Below, one piece after another: positions 33,291-44,211 of a DNA stretch of 64,000 nucleotides; the first letter of the stretch is position 1, and every line of letters starts with the position of its first letter. Where the stretch lies: NCBI GenBank assembly GCA_963707985.1, contig CAVPRW010000011.1, positions 1-64,000 on the forward strand, in the 5' to 3' direction. Source of the DNA: an uncultured Nitrospinota bacterium (lineage in GTDB: Bacteria > Tectomicrobia > Entotheonellia > J063 > CAVPRW01). The notes under the pieces are model-generated. The model saw only the letters and a list, made by a program, of their open reading frames with translations, was not told the DNA's origin and ran no database searches. The translations under genes and the position numbers were made by a program.

Positions 33291-34536
33291 ATGAAGATGG
33301 ATCGCTGGGGAATCGATGAGGGGTACAGGGATGCTATGGGAGGGTGGCATGAAACCTCCGACGCTACTCGACGGGCCATTCTCACCGCCATGGAGGTCGA
33401 TGCCACGAGCGCCGGCCAGGCTGAGGAAACGCCGGTCTACGTCACGCAGCCTGGACAAACGATGGCGCTCGACAGGCCTGCAGAGCTGAGGCTTGAGGAT
33501 GACACAGTTCTATGGGTCAACACGGCTCTCCCTCCCGACCTCCCTCTTGGCTATCATGATCTTTGTCCCCTCGAAGGTGGACTCATGGCTCGCCTGGTGG
33601 TTGCTTGATGAGCAATTGGCCCAAGCTGCCACGGAGATTGCCCTCCTGCAGGATTTACCGATAGGAACCGACCCAAATGGAGCGGACGGTTGGGCCTGGT
33701 AAGGCGTATTGTCAACCAAGGCGACGGTCGGGGTACCGCCCGACAATTACAACACTAAGGGCCAAAACTGGGGGATGCCGCCTTTCGTGCCCCATAAGCT
33801 CCGTGCTGCCGGATACGAACCATTTCGCCAGACTATCCGAGCGAATCTGCGCCATGCGCGAGGATTACGTATAGACCACGTCATGGGCCTCTTCCGGCTC
33901 TTCTGGATTCCAGAGGGTGCCGACCCCTCGCTAGGCGCTTTTGTGCGGTACCCCGGCGATGAGTTGCTCGCTATTGTCGCACTTGAAAGCCATCGATCCA
34001 AGGCCCTGATCGTGGGAGAGGAGCTCGGCACCGTGGAAGCAGACATACAGGCGAGTCTCGCCGCCCATCGTATCCTCTCCTATCGCCTACTCTGGTTCGA
34101 AACCCACCTGCCATCACGATACCCTGAGCTAGCATTAGCGGCAGTTACAACCCACGACCTCCCCACTATCGCCGGACTTTGGAGTGGCACCGACTCATGA
34201 ATCCAACATGAACTTGGCCTGCAGCCAAACGCGAAGGGGTTCCGAGAGATTCGTGAACAGATCCGCACCATGACTAATCTGCCTGACGACGCAGCAGTGC
34301 ATGAAGTAATTGTCTGCGCCTATCAACTCTTCGCCGAGGCTCCATCGACCCTTGTCACAGCTACACTGGAGGATGCTTTTGCTGTGGAAGAACGCCCCAA
34401 TATGCCAACCACGACGACTGAGTGGCCGAACTGGTCAATCGCCTTACCCGCATCCTCGGAAACACTGCAGCGTAGTCCGCTGGCGCAGGCTATTGGTGAA
34501 AACTTTAGACGCAGGCGACCCTTGTCCTATTTTTAA
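33291..34536 (+). pseudogene. malQ: 4-alpha-glucanotransferase (amylomaltase) with internal deletion and nonsense codons
   Basis: LPLGYH joined to QDLPIG; GVPPD..GQNWG, LRIDHVMG, GEELGTV, TTHDLPT, RPNMP..PNWS; stops at 33606, 33700 and 34198. Confidence 0.85.
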
Positions 34537-34705
34537 AGGCGGAGCCTGGGGGTTATGTTTATCATATCGAGATTATCCATCAGAGTCTGACCAAAACCAC
34601 TCCATTCATTCTTAACATGTGCACCAACTCACAGCTAATCACGACAACCTGTTGGCAGGGACGGATAATGCTGTTGATCAGCTGCTCCCTCAGTACTTCG
34701 ATGCA

Positions 34706-34749
34706 TCTCACAGTGACAGTCGTTCTTAGCATGTGCTCTCAGTATGATA
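34706..34749. promoter_or_regulatory. Pair of candidate enhancer palindromes
   Basis: TCTCACAGTGACA at 34706; TCTCAGTATGATA at 34737. Confidence 0.6.
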
Positions 34750-34879
34750 GACCTAAGGGACGTATGAAGGCCTTAGATGGAGGTAGTAGCGTAATGAGTC
34801 TAGACATTCAGGTCTTGTACAGAAGTACTTGGCCGATACAAGCCTCATTTCTTTGATGAATGTAAGGTTTACAGCGGAG

Positions 34880-34894
34880 TGGCATATCGCTTGC
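34880..34894 (+). promoter_or_regulatory. sigma54 promoter for PRC-barrel gene
   Basis: TGGCAT-ATCGC-TTGC. Confidence 0.75.
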
Positions 34895-35150
34895 ACAATA
34901 TCGCTGGGAGAATGCGGCGCGCACATAACGCGTCAAGTCGCCTTATACGCCGGAACTTGGCGTGTAAGGGTTCCAAGGCGTGAAGGTGTACTGACTGCCA
35001 GCATACAACAAGGGACACACAGCGCAATACCCCCAGAAAGGGATGCGTTGGTGACCTTGTTTGGAGGGTCCTTTCACCACCAGGGAAGATCCTCCGAGTG
35101 TGCTGACGGTGAGATGGGGTCGGAGTCGACCTAACGACAGGAGGTAGCCC

Positions 35151-35585
35151 ATGAAGAAGCTCGTTGCGGCAGCAACGCTGGTCTCAGTGTTCGGTTTTCT
35201 GCTCACAGTCGGTGCGTTGGCACAGCCAGCGACCGGGCCAGGTACAACCCGTGAACCCATCGTCACTCGCCCTGCGACGCCGGGGATAATGACACCGAGC
35301 ACAATCAATGAGGTATACGCTAGTAAGCTCATTGGTGCCAGTGTCAAGAGTGCGCAAGGGGAGAATGTCGGGAAGATCGATGAATTGGTCATCGACCCAC
35401 ATGATGCACGCATTAAGGCTGCAGTTGTATCCGTCGGTGGAGTATTGGGCCTCGGCGCTAAATCGGTCGCGATTCCCTGGGATAGAATGACCATGGGGAC
35501 CGGGGCTGACAGGGATACCATCATTGTGGCGATGGGAAAAGAGGAACTCGAAAGGGCTCCAGGCTGGCAGAAGTCTGAGAGATAA
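35151..35585 (+). CDS. Secreted PRC-barrel domain protein
   Basis: Signal peptide; ASKLIGASVKSAQGENVGKIDELVID..VGGVLGLGAKSVAIPW. Confidence 0.88.
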   Translation: MKKLVAAATLVSVFGFLLTVGALAQPATGPGTTREPIVTRPATPGIMTPSTINEVYASKLIGASVKSAQGENVGKIDELVIDPHDARIKAAVVSVGGVLGLGAKSVAIPWDRMTMGTGADRDTIIVAMGKEELERAPGWQKSER

Positions 35586-35661
35586 TCCAGGGCTCGCTAC
35601 TTCATCAACGGTCGCTTCTGGAGCTGACCGCTCACCCGCGTGGAAGGTAGTTCATTTTCCA

Positions 35662-35696
35662 AAACCAGGAGGGGCATGATTTTGCTCTCCTGGTTT
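35662..35696 (+). terminator. Terminator-like hairpin
   Basis: AAACCAGGAGGGGCA/TGCTCTCCTGGTTT inverted repeat after the PRC gene. Confidence 0.5.
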
Positions 35697-36068
35697 AAGC
35701 GGGGCGATCTCGAATAGCCTCTGCCTCAGCCCTTTGTCGGGCGGATTCATAACACTTCTTAACCCTCAAACGGTCGCTCATTTGCCTAAGGTGAAAAATT
35801 GAGGACCATCCTCGAAACAGTTTCAGGTCCCGTCCTTGAAATTATCAGGGTTCGACAAATGAGCGACGGCTCAATTCAGGTCCCTGTGATCACGAGATAG
35901 CATGGTCAAGATCACTCCTGCTGCCCGATTACGAGGGCAAACGGGACAGAAGAGATAAAGCTGCCGGTGCGTCCGTTGGCTCATAAGCGGGTTTCGAACT
36001 AGGCTAGAAAGTAGGTAATAAGGTGGATAATAAGGACATAACAGCCATACAGCCGGGAGGTTTCAACA

Positions 36069-36377
36069 ATGCCCCGAGGAGATAAATCCAAATATACGGA
36101 AAAACAGAAACGTCAGGCAGAGCACATCGAAGAGGGGTATAAAGAGCGTGGCGTCCCTCAAGAGGAAGCTGAGCGGCGCGCCTGGGCTACAGTAAACAAA
36201 ATGACCGGTGGAGGCAAGAAAAGTGGATCAGGGCGAGGGCGTCCAATTAACAAGGCGCCAGCAAAGAAAGGGGGTAAGAAGGGTGGAGCGGCCTCGGCCG
36301 CACGTTCGTATGCCGAACGCTCCGCTTCCGCGAAGAAGGCGACGCAGACCCGGAAGCGACGAGCCGCCATGCGTTAA
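36069..36377 (+). CDS. Small basic stress-associated protein (KGG-like; often labelled plasmid stabilization protein)
   Basis: MPRGDKSKYTEKQKRQAEHIEEGY..AERRAWATVNK..KKGGKKGG. Confidence 0.85.
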   Translation: MPRGDKSKYTEKQKRQAEHIEEGYKERGVPQEEAERRAWATVNKMTGGGKKSGSGRGRPINKAPAKKGGKKGGAASAARSYAERSASAKKATQTRKRRAAMR

Positions 36378-36821
36378 CGATTCTCCTTTCCGAAGTGGGC
36401 CACGCCCTCGCGCATACAGCCCCGGATTTAGCCTGGGGGTTCCCGACCTCTGGACCTTTGAGATCTCCCTCTACGAGTAAGAACGCTGTGAGATGCAGGT
36501 CCTGGCATACGACGCCAGCGCTCTGAAGGAATTCACTTTGCCAGGTCTGGAAGGATGCAAACCAGAAGGTCGCTATGCCCATATACCCCAACACGGACGT
36601 TGAAGCGCCGCCATGGACTAGTTGCTCGGCGCAATACTCGCGCGCCGCATATGCAAAACCCAAAGAAGTGAGGAGTCAGCCGACGATGGCGCACACCGAG
36701 CCCGGGGTAATCCACTCCCACTCCTGCTCGACTCGTATGGGAGGCAGTCTAGATAAGGCATATAACCTGATGCGTATCTTCACGCCCTTCCGGCCACATA
36801 GTCTGAGATTTCAAGTAGGCA

Positions 36822-36834
36822 TCTCAGAATGAGT
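36822..36834. promoter_or_regulatory. Candidate enhancer palindrome
   Basis: TCTCAGAATGAGT. Confidence 0.55.
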
Positions 36835-36966
36835 CTCTGATCGCTCTCATCCTCTCGTTATGAACAAGCGTGCACTAGCACTGGGGATAATGTGCGGCCT
36901 GAGCATCCGTTGCCAGTGCCTCAGACTCGCCCTCTGTAGAGGGCAATGAACGATGTAATCAAGAAT

Positions 36967-36981
36967 TGGCACGCAAATTGC
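36967..36981 (+). promoter_or_regulatory. sigma54 promoter with no recognised downstream gene
   Basis: TTGGCAC-GCAAA-TTGC, a perfect consensus match. Confidence 0.75.
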
Positions 36982-37285
36982 TCTCCCTTCTAGTATGAGT
37001 ACACGCTTTCTCTGTCTTACCGCGATGACAACGGGATATTACTCTACTCTCTCCCTTTGAGGTACAGGGGCAGCGTTCGAGGATGGTGAGGAGGCTCAGC
37101 AGGTACTCAGCCAGTAGCAGCCCTGGTTTCAAGAGGCTTATATTGCCCCATGTGATTGGTCGGCAGGAGAGTATTATCGGGGTACGCATTGGACCATCTA
37201 AAACTAAAGAGGACGCCCAGCAAATCGCTGTGAGGACCATCCAGAGACAGGTCCCCACAATCTTTTTTTCTACCTGCGTCCACAC

Positions 37286-37339
37286 TCTCAAGATGAGAGT
37301 CATTAGCACTCTATAACCGGCCCTCGTGTCATAATGAGG
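37286..37339. promoter_or_regulatory. Pair of candidate enhancer palindromes
   Basis: ACTCTCAAGATGAGAGT at 37284-37300; TGTCATAATGAGG at 37327; degenerate GCGCAT-AATTT-TTGC promoter at 37461-37475. Confidence 0.6.
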
Positions 37340-37519
37340 GCGGCCGGTCCTATCACCTCAGGTGAAATATTTGATAGACTCAAGAGTCAGAGCAGCCATT
37401 AGGCTTGTTGAGGGGCATTAAAGGTGGTGCCATGGGGAATGTGTCCTGAGAGAGGATGAGGCGCATAATTTTTGCTATGGACATGGTATCCTAGACGTAG
37501 GCACGCAAAGTTTTTCGGG

Positions 37520-37879
37520 ATGGCATTCTCTATGAGTGGACCCTTTCGCATCAAGAATTACCGCCATTTACTGGCACTGCTCCCACAACTTCCGAAAGTT
37601 TGGCGACTGTGCTGGCGCTTGTGGCGCGACCGTCGTGTTCCCAGATCGCTAAAGGGCATGATCATTGGTGTTCTGTTGTATGTCATCTCACCTATAGACC
37701 TAGTCCCGGAGTTGCTCCTCCCGGTACTCGGCCAACTCGATGACGTGACCATACTGATACTAGGCACCTATCTTTTCATACGTTGGAGCCCCCCAAAGGT
37801 GGTAGCAGAGCATATGGCATCGATCAGCACGAACTTCTTTAGCAAATTTCGGCCATGGCTCGTACGCTCGGCCTGCTAA
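37520..37879 (+). CDS. DUF1232 (YkvA-like) membrane protein
   Basis: DRRVP..YVISPIDLVPELLLPVLGQLDD. Confidence 0.85.
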   Translation: MAFSMSGPFRIKNYRHLLALLPQLPKVWRLCWRLWRDRRVPRSLKGMIIGVLLYVISPIDLVPELLLPVLGQLDDVTILILGTYLFIRWSPPKVVAEHMASISTNFFSKFRPWLVRSAC

Positions 37880-37928
37880 TGCCCTTGCACTGAAACCCTG
37901 TTATTTCGGCACGAAGGGCTCGAAATGT

Positions 37929-40900
37929 ATGCGCCAAGGATTACCACACCACCAGATAATCAATGCCACTTCCAGGCCGCTGTTTGAGCCTAACCCTTTC
38001 AACTGGCCCCACTTACAGATTTTGGTCATGATAGCGGGCGGTGCCACAGCGGCTCTGGGGCTGTTGGTGATCGCAGGGTGGCACCTTCATAGCGAGACGC
38101 TTCTGCAATTGCACCCCACCTACGCTCCCATGCAATACAATACAGCGCTGAACTTTGTGCTATGCGGCAGCGGATTGCTGGCGCTTACGTGCGGATGGTC
38201 TCGTGTGGGGACGACCTGTGGTGTAGTAGCGGCTGTGATCGGTCTGCTGACGATCAGCGAATATCTGCTTGATATCAATTTGGGGATCGATCAGCTCTTC
38301 GTCAAGGCATTTATCACCGTGCAAACCTCCCACCCTGGACGGATGGCGCCTAACACGGCAGTGTGCTTTATGCTCGCCGGCATTGCGCTATGGGTGATGA
38401 GCGTGTCCACGCGCCGTGAGGAGCTCTTTTTGGTCACTGGACCATTAGGCGCGATCGTGCTGGCCTTCGGGTTGGTCTCGTGCATAGGCTATCTCAGTGG
38501 GTTGGAAACCTATAGGTGGGGATATTTTACCAGCATGGCCGTACACGCGGCAATCGGATGCATAATGCTGGGGGGCGGGCTGATTGCCTTCGCATGGTGG
38601 GCCGGTGCCGCGGCTCAGGCTATCGCCCCACAACGGTTTGCAGTGCTGGTTGGTATCTGTGGTCTGACGGTCACGTTCTGCTTATGGCAGGCCCTAATCG
38701 CGCACGAGCGCGCGCTGGTCAACCGATCAAGCGAGCTTGCTGCCGTGGGCGTGCAAAATGAGATCATGGCTCAGCTCAAACCCCGTGTCCTTTTATTGGA
38801 GCGCATGGCGAAAGGTTGGGAGCGGTGGGGGCAGCCAGCCAAGGAAATGTGGGAGGCGGAGGCGCAGCTATACGTCATGAGTTATGCTGATGTACGCGCC
38901 GTCGCCTGGGTGGATTCTACATTTCACCTGCGTTGGATTACACCGCTCGAAAGCTTTGCGGCAATTCAGGACCAGCCTTGGGACTTTGAAGAGCGGCGGC
39001 GCAGCGCACTTGAGCTAGCGGAGGGGAGTCGCCAAATCACCGCAACACGCACTCTCGAACTGTTATCAGGAGGTAAGGGGTTTCACCTCCTTGTACCGAT
39101 CACGCCGGATACCCACTTCGAAGGTTTCATTGTCGGCGTCTTTCGTTTACAAGAGTTGTTCGATGACATCCTGGAAAATCAAGCTCTTCGCTATAACATC
39201 GCCGTGTTTGAAGGCATGGAAGAAATTTATGGCCGCTATGAGACAGCGCGGTACGACCATGAGTGGGGCCATGAGACCCCCATTGGTTTCTATGGAGTCA
39301 CCTGGCAGGTGCGGGTTTGGCCCACAACAACTCTGCTGGTAGACGAGCTTTCTTCCCTGCCGGAGTTCGGCTTGGTAACTGGACTCCTAACCTCGGCCTT
39401 GCTGGCCCTCGCCATCTATCTAGCTCAGACCGCGTGGCGTCGCGCTGCCGAGGTCGCCTCTGCCAACCAGGCATTGCAGCGTGAAATCAACGACCATAGA
39501 CTTACAGGGGCCAGCCTCGCGTCACGTGTGCAACAAATGGAAGCGGTGCGAGCAGTGACGCTGGAAATCGGCCGGGAATTGGACCTCAACAGCCTGTTAA
39601 GTCTCATCATTGAGCGTGCCATCACCCTGGTGGAGGCCGCTCGAGCAGGCGCCATCTACCTGTGGGATGAGCATACGCAGCTGCTGATCCCGCAGGCCTG
39701 GCACAGTCGTGGAACATGGATGCAAGACATCCGCTTCGCGTTAGGTGAGGGCATCGTCGGCACGGTAGCCCAACGACGCAGCGGACTGATTGTCAATGAT
39801 TATCAACACTCTCCTTACAAACGGTCCCCCTTCGCCGAGCTTTTTGGGGCCACTGCCATGATCGCTGAGCCCCTGATCTATCGCGACCGCCTCGTCGGTG
39901 CCATTTCGCTGGATAATCAGGGATCCACACAGCCCTTCAGAGCAGAAGATCGGCGGCTCTTGGATCTATTTGCGGCGCAGGCAGCGATCGCCATTCTCAA
40001 TGCCAGGCTCTTTGCCGAGATTCAGGACCGTACAACTCATCTATCACAGCTCAGTTCTGAACTGCAAAGTGAAATCGCCGAACGCCGGCAGGCGGTGGAG
40101 CAGTTGCAACACCAGCATGAAGCCCTCTTTCAAAGCGAGAAACTGGCAGCCATGGGATCGTTATTGGCCAGTGTGGCCCATGAGCTTAACAATCCATTGT
40201 CGGTTGTAACGATGCAGGCGGACCTGTTGAGCGAGGAGATGAACGACCATGCTGGAACGGAGAGAGTGAGGCTCATCAGCCAATCCGCCGAGCGTTGCGT
40301 GGGCATCGTTCAGAACTTTCTCGCTTTCGCGCGTCAAACTCCACCACAGCGTACGGATGTAGCACTGAATTCTGTCGTGGAAGAGGCCATGAAGCTCCTG
40401 ACGTATACCTTACAGGTGGATGATGTGGATATCCAGCTGCGCCTGGCCGAGGACCTCCCGCCGCTCTGGGCCGATCCCCACCAATTGCATCAGGTCGTCG
40501 TCAATTTGGTGACCAACGCCCACCAGGCTCTGCGTGAGACCCCTCCTCCACGACAGCTGACGCTTGTCACACGCGCCAACCCGCCTAGAACCCGTGTCGT
40601 TCTTGAAGTCACAGATACGGGTCCTGGTGTCCCATCAGAGCTGCAGGAACGCATCTTTGAACCCTTTTTCACGACGAGGGCGCCGGGCGTTGGAACTGGC
40701 TTAGGACTACCCTTCTGTCAAGGCATTATCGAGGGGCATGCGGGTTTAATCCGTCTCGAAAGCCAGCCAGGGCTCGGGGCCAAGTTCGTCATTGAGCTGC
40801 CAGTAGAAACGCGGCCAGCTCGCGCTTTATTACCTCAGGAGCCGGCACCCCCCATGGTCGCGTCAGGCAAATCGATTCTGATCGTTGATGATGAGGCTGG

Positions 40901-41231
40901 GATTATGAGTGCGCTGGCCTACCTGCTGAGTCGCGATGGGTATGTGGTGAACACCGCATCAAATGGTCGTATAGCGTTAGAAAAGATAGAAGGGCGGGCG
41001 TACGACCTCATTCTTTGTGACTTGCGCATGCCCGAATTGGATGGGCCTGGACTCTATCGTGAGTTACAGCAGCGCGCTCCAGACCTCCTCAAACGCATGG
41101 TTTTTCTCACCGGCGACACCCTGAGCTCCGAGACTAGTAGCTTCCTCAAGAGCGCAGACATGCCATACCTCAGCAAGCCTTTTAGAGCTGCTGATGTCCG
41201 GCGAGTCGTACATCAGAAGTTACAAGAATAA
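37929..41231 (+). CDS. Membrane-bound hybrid histidine kinase (TM sensor, periplasmic domain, GAF, HisKA, HATPase, REC)
   Basis: RMAPNTA TM motif; GAF; VAHELNNPL H-box; DTGPG and GTGLGL G-boxes; ILIVDDE..LILCDLRMP receiver. Confidence 0.92.
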   Translation: MRQGLPHHQIINATSRPLFEPNPFNWPHLQILVMIAGGATAALGLLVIAGWHLHSETLLQLHPTYAPMQYNTALNFVLCGSGLLALTCGWSRVGTTCGVVAAVIGLLTISEYLLDINLGIDQLFVKAFITVQTSHPGRMAPNTAVCFMLAGIALWVMSVSTRREELFLVTGPLGAIVLAFGLVSCIGYLSGLETYRWGYFTSMAVHAAIGCIMLGGGLIAFAWWAGAAAQAIAPQRFAVLVGICGLTVTFCLWQALIAHERALVNRSSELAAVGVQNEIMAQLKPRVLLLERMAKGWERWGQPAKEMWEAEAQLYVMSYADVRAVAWVDSTFHLRWITPLESFAAIQDQPWDFEERRRSALELAEGSRQITATRTLELLSGGKGFHLLVPITPDTHFEGFIVGVFRLQELFDDILENQALRYNIAVFEGMEEIYGRYETARYDHEWGHETPIGFYGVTWQVRVWPTTTLLVDELSSLPEFGLVTGLLTSALLALAIYLAQTAWRRAAEVASANQALQREINDHRLTGASLASRVQQMEAVRAVTLEIGRELDLNSLLSLIIERAITLVEAARAGAIYLWDEHTQLLIPQAWHSRGTWMQDIRFALGEGIVGTVAQRRSGLIVNDYQHSPYKRSPFAELFGATAMIAEPLIYRDRLVGAISLDNQGSTQPFRAEDRRLLDLFAAQAAIAILNARLFAEIQDRTTHLSQLSSELQSEIAERRQAVEQLQHQHEALFQSEKLAAMGSLLASVAHELNNPLSVVTMQADLLSEEMNDHAGTERVRLISQSAERCVGIVQNFLAFARQTPPQRTDVALNSVVEEAMKLLTYTLQVDDVDIQLRLAEDLPPLWADPHQLHQVVVNLVTNAHQALRETPPPRQLTLVTRANPPRTRVVLEVTDTGPGVPSELQERIFEPFFTTRAPGVGTGLGLPFCQGIIEGHAGLIRLESQPGLGAKFVIELPVETRPARALLPQEPAPPMVASGKSILIVDDEAGIMSALAYLLSRDGYVVNTASNGRIALEKIEGRAYDLILCDLRMPELDGPGLYRELQQRAPDLLKRMVFLTGDTLSSETSSFLKSADMPYLSKPFRAADVRRVVHQKLQE

Positions 41232-41426
41232 GGTCCACTGGTAAAGCATTTCAAGGCAACCCTATATTTATCCCGCACTCATTCTGCACCACCTTTACTG
41301 CCCTGAGGGTCTCATATCTCTGCAAGCAATGCAGCAAAGCGCACTTATCTCAGCTCCTGCTGCCCGTTCATCACCATACGTTGACGCAGGAGCCTTAACT
41401 GCATTGCTTGCGAAGAGACATCGCAT

Positions 41427-41580
41427 TCAGATGCGTCCCAAGAGCACGAGGATTAGAATAATCACGAGAATGGTGCCGAGCAAGCCGCCAGGATAGTATC
41501 CCCAGCCCGAGCTATACGGCCAGGTGGGGAGGGCGCCGATCAGCAGCACGAACCAAAATCACAATTAGGATTGTTATCAT
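41427..41580 (-). CDS. DUF3309 family small membrane protein (one +1 frameshift; not in the ORF track)
   Basis: MITILIVILV/VLLIGALPTWPYSSGWGYYPGGLLGTILVIILILVLLGRI*. Confidence 0.85.
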
Positions 41581-41695
41581 ATTCTTGCTCCCATGCACTA
41601 CATGTCTGCACCAATTCGCATCCGGAAAAACTATGCAATAGCTACAGCAACGCACGAGGGTCGTTCACGCGGATGAGCGTCACGATTACAGGAGA

Positions 41696-41710
41696 GCAAA
41701 TGTCATACCT
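41696..41710 (-). promoter_or_regulatory. sigma54-like promoter for DUF3309 gene
   Basis: AGGTAT-GACAT-TTGC on the minus strand; TCCCAAAATGAGA site at 41877-41889. Confidence 0.55.
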
Positions 41711-42584
41711 ATTTCAGGCTGGGATCTCATACGTTCCTGCACACGTAAGACTTCGAGCCTGACGCATTAACCTGTTACCGCAATGGGACACTCGACGCGA
41801 TTAAAGCGTAGCGAGCATATTTCAGCTGAGAGTGTGCCTACAACGGAAAAGATTAGTGTCGATCGGCTGGGGGATCTCCCAAAATGAGAGTAGGAGGCGG
41901 TGATAGGACTTCAGCTCTGACTCAGTAAGACATGCAGCGAGGCATCACCAGCCCGTGACCGGAGGCCAACTGCGCAGCAGGTATTCGCTCAGTGTGAAGG
42001 ACATGCGGAGTTTCGTGGGCCGACCAATCGGCAGGTGCAGCTTATTGAATACACGCAGTCCTTTCGCATGCTGAAAAAATCACATCCACTGTTTGCCGAC
42101 GACGTAAAACTGCCATGTTTTCCCAATGTCAAAGTGAGGATCACTGAATTCAATACACAAGAAGAGCACGGTGACGCAATGCACTCTTAAAGTGCGGTAC
42201 GTTGGAAACCAGGTGCTATGGCCTGGGCAATACTCTCCCTCACCGCGATCCTAGGATATTCCGGGGGAGGGGTCTCTGCTCTGGGCTTAGCACTCAATAT
42301 TGGTGACTTTAAGTCTTTTTCCCAGTATGTTAGGTTGCAGGTGGGGAGACACAACCTCAGTTGCAGGGACAGGGGAGACGCGTTCTCTGATGATGTAATG
42401 GGCTGACGGCACGGGCGCATTGCCTGTTCGAAACGGTTGAGAGCGATCCCCTAGAGAAGTATGCGCTCAAGGTGACCAAATCTCCGTACACCTTCTGACC
42501 TTGGGAGTTTCCTGGGGAGGACCGAGTGTCAGGGGCCACACATGGTGGGAGGCATGGGGTGAGGCATCTGAGGGGAAGGCCTAC

Positions 42585-42599
42585 TGGCAGGGGTCTTGC
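42585..42599 (+). promoter_or_regulatory. sigma54-like promoter upstream of MlaC-like gene
   Basis: TGGCAG-GGGTC-TTGC; weak upstream palindrome GCTCAAGGTGACC at 42465. Confidence 0.5.
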
Positions 42600-42899
42600 A
42601 CCTGCATCAAGACTCATGTCTCCGAAGACTATGACTTATTAGTAGGGCGTTGCCTCGGGGTAGGAGGATATGGATAGCGCTCCGATATCGAAAGCCCGGG
42701 ATTTTCAGCTGCATCAACCATGAGGAACAGGATTCGGACCATAATCGTGATTGCAGATCACGAGAAGCCAGCACGCGTCGACCACTGACACGCATGAGAG
42801 GAGGAGGTATCAAGGATGTCAACGGATGCGGGAGGTGGGTAACCTAGGTGAAACGACACACCCACCTATGTGAAGCTTCACAAGCATAGGAGATGAGCC

Positions 42900-43496
42900 A
42901 TGGCACCGAAGTTATACCAGAGCTCTCTGCGGTGCACCATGTTGGTGTGGTGTTTCTTAATGGGGATCATGTCGAGTCACCTTCTTGCCGAAACGCCAAC
43001 ACAAGCATTACAAGAGACACTAGACCGTTATCAGCATGTTTTGCACGATTCAGCCCTGCTGGAGGATAGCAGAAAAGAGCAAGTCTTGGAGACCATTTTG
43101 GCCCGCTTTGATGTTCGCGAGATGTCCAAACGCATGCTGGGGCCGCACTGGGATCAACATCATGAACAGCAAGAAGCATTTGTCTCAGGGTTTACAGCGT
43201 TTATGAAAAGGATATTTTCGAAGCAATTTGATCAGATAAAAGGTCTCAAAGTGGCTTGTCGAGAGGAAGAAATACAAGGCTCGACGGCAAAAGTGGTAAC
43301 AAACCTGTCGACATCTGGTGAAGAATTCATCATTAATTTCCGCATGCACCAATATGACTCAGGATGGAAAATTTACGATGTAATGTTGGACAATGGGAGT
43401 TTCGGCATCATCAAGAGCTATCGAGCACAACTCCAGTCCATCTTGCAATTCTCATCATTTGAACAAATGCTGCAAATCATCGGGGGGAAAAAATAA
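42900..43496 (+). CDS. MlaC/Ttg2D-family phospholipid-binding protein
   Basis: FDVREMSKRMLGPHW, WKIYDV..G...IKSYRAQ. Confidence 0.8.
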   Translation: MAPKLYQSSLRCTMLVWCFLMGIMSSHLLAETPTQALQETLDRYQHVLHDSALLEDSRKEQVLETILARFDVREMSKRMLGPHWDQHHEQQEAFVSGFTAFMKRIFSKQFDQIKGLKVACREEEIQGSTAKVVTNLSTSGEEFIINFRMHQYDSGWKIYDVMLDNGSFGIIKSYRAQLQSILQFSSFEQMLQIIGGKK

Positions 43497-43798
43497 GGGT
43501 AAGATGCACTATCTCTGCGGATGGCGTTGCGTACTGGCCAGGGGATAACACTCTGCGGTGTTGCGGAGCACCAAGTCGACATCACCTCACTGGGCCGTCG
43601 GCGTCGGCATTACGTATGCGCTGAACCCGGCGTCACTCCCCATCCGGCCAGTGCGCCAGCGCCTATAGCCAATTATACCCAAAGCCGGCGTATGTTAGAA
43701 GGCGAACCTTGATTGGACCTGCTCAACGTCCTTGGCATGATGGAACAATGCCTCGGCGCCCTTCACAGACACCGCCAACCCCCTCGGGCCATCTCCTT

Positions 43799-43834
43799 TC
43801 TCAAAACGATAGCGTTTAGTGTCCCATAATGAGA
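43799..43834. promoter_or_regulatory. Pair of candidate enhancer palindromes
   Basis: TCTCAAAACGATA at 43799; TCCCATAATGAGA at 43822. Confidence 0.55.
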
Positions 43835-44048
43835 GCGTCTACCTGTACATTTCCGCTACATCTCTGGGCCTAGATGGTCTAGACAAAATCGTGACTCACC
43901 GCATAACCGATACTCCTGCATAAGATGTTAGCGGCATCGTCAAGCGCTACAGGGCCACGCCATCGACCGAACAACCAGCTTCGTTCGAAAGGGTCGGCGC
44001 TGATGGATTGGCCGGAGAACAGGGTATCAGCTTCGAGAGAGAGCGGAC

Positions 44049-44063
44049 TGGCACATATCTTGC
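44049..44063 (+). promoter_or_regulatory. sigma54 promoter for DUF1328 and lipoprotein genes
   Basis: TGGCAC-ATATC-TTGC, a perfect consensus match. Confidence 0.8.
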
Positions 44064-44211
44064 CCCTTTGGCTGGTGTAAATGCCGCCGTAAGAGAGAAG
44101 CACCAGGCAAGACTCCGGTGCACGGCTCTCGGGCTGTCTACCGGTGGGGATACAGTTGACTTGAGAGGCACCGAGCCCGACTTGTGAGGGGGAACAGACG
44201 AGGAGTTTCCG

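Noticed and set aside
35740..35870. Integron attC site
   Set aside because: No properly paired RYYYAAC/GTTRRRY boxes and no integron integrase.
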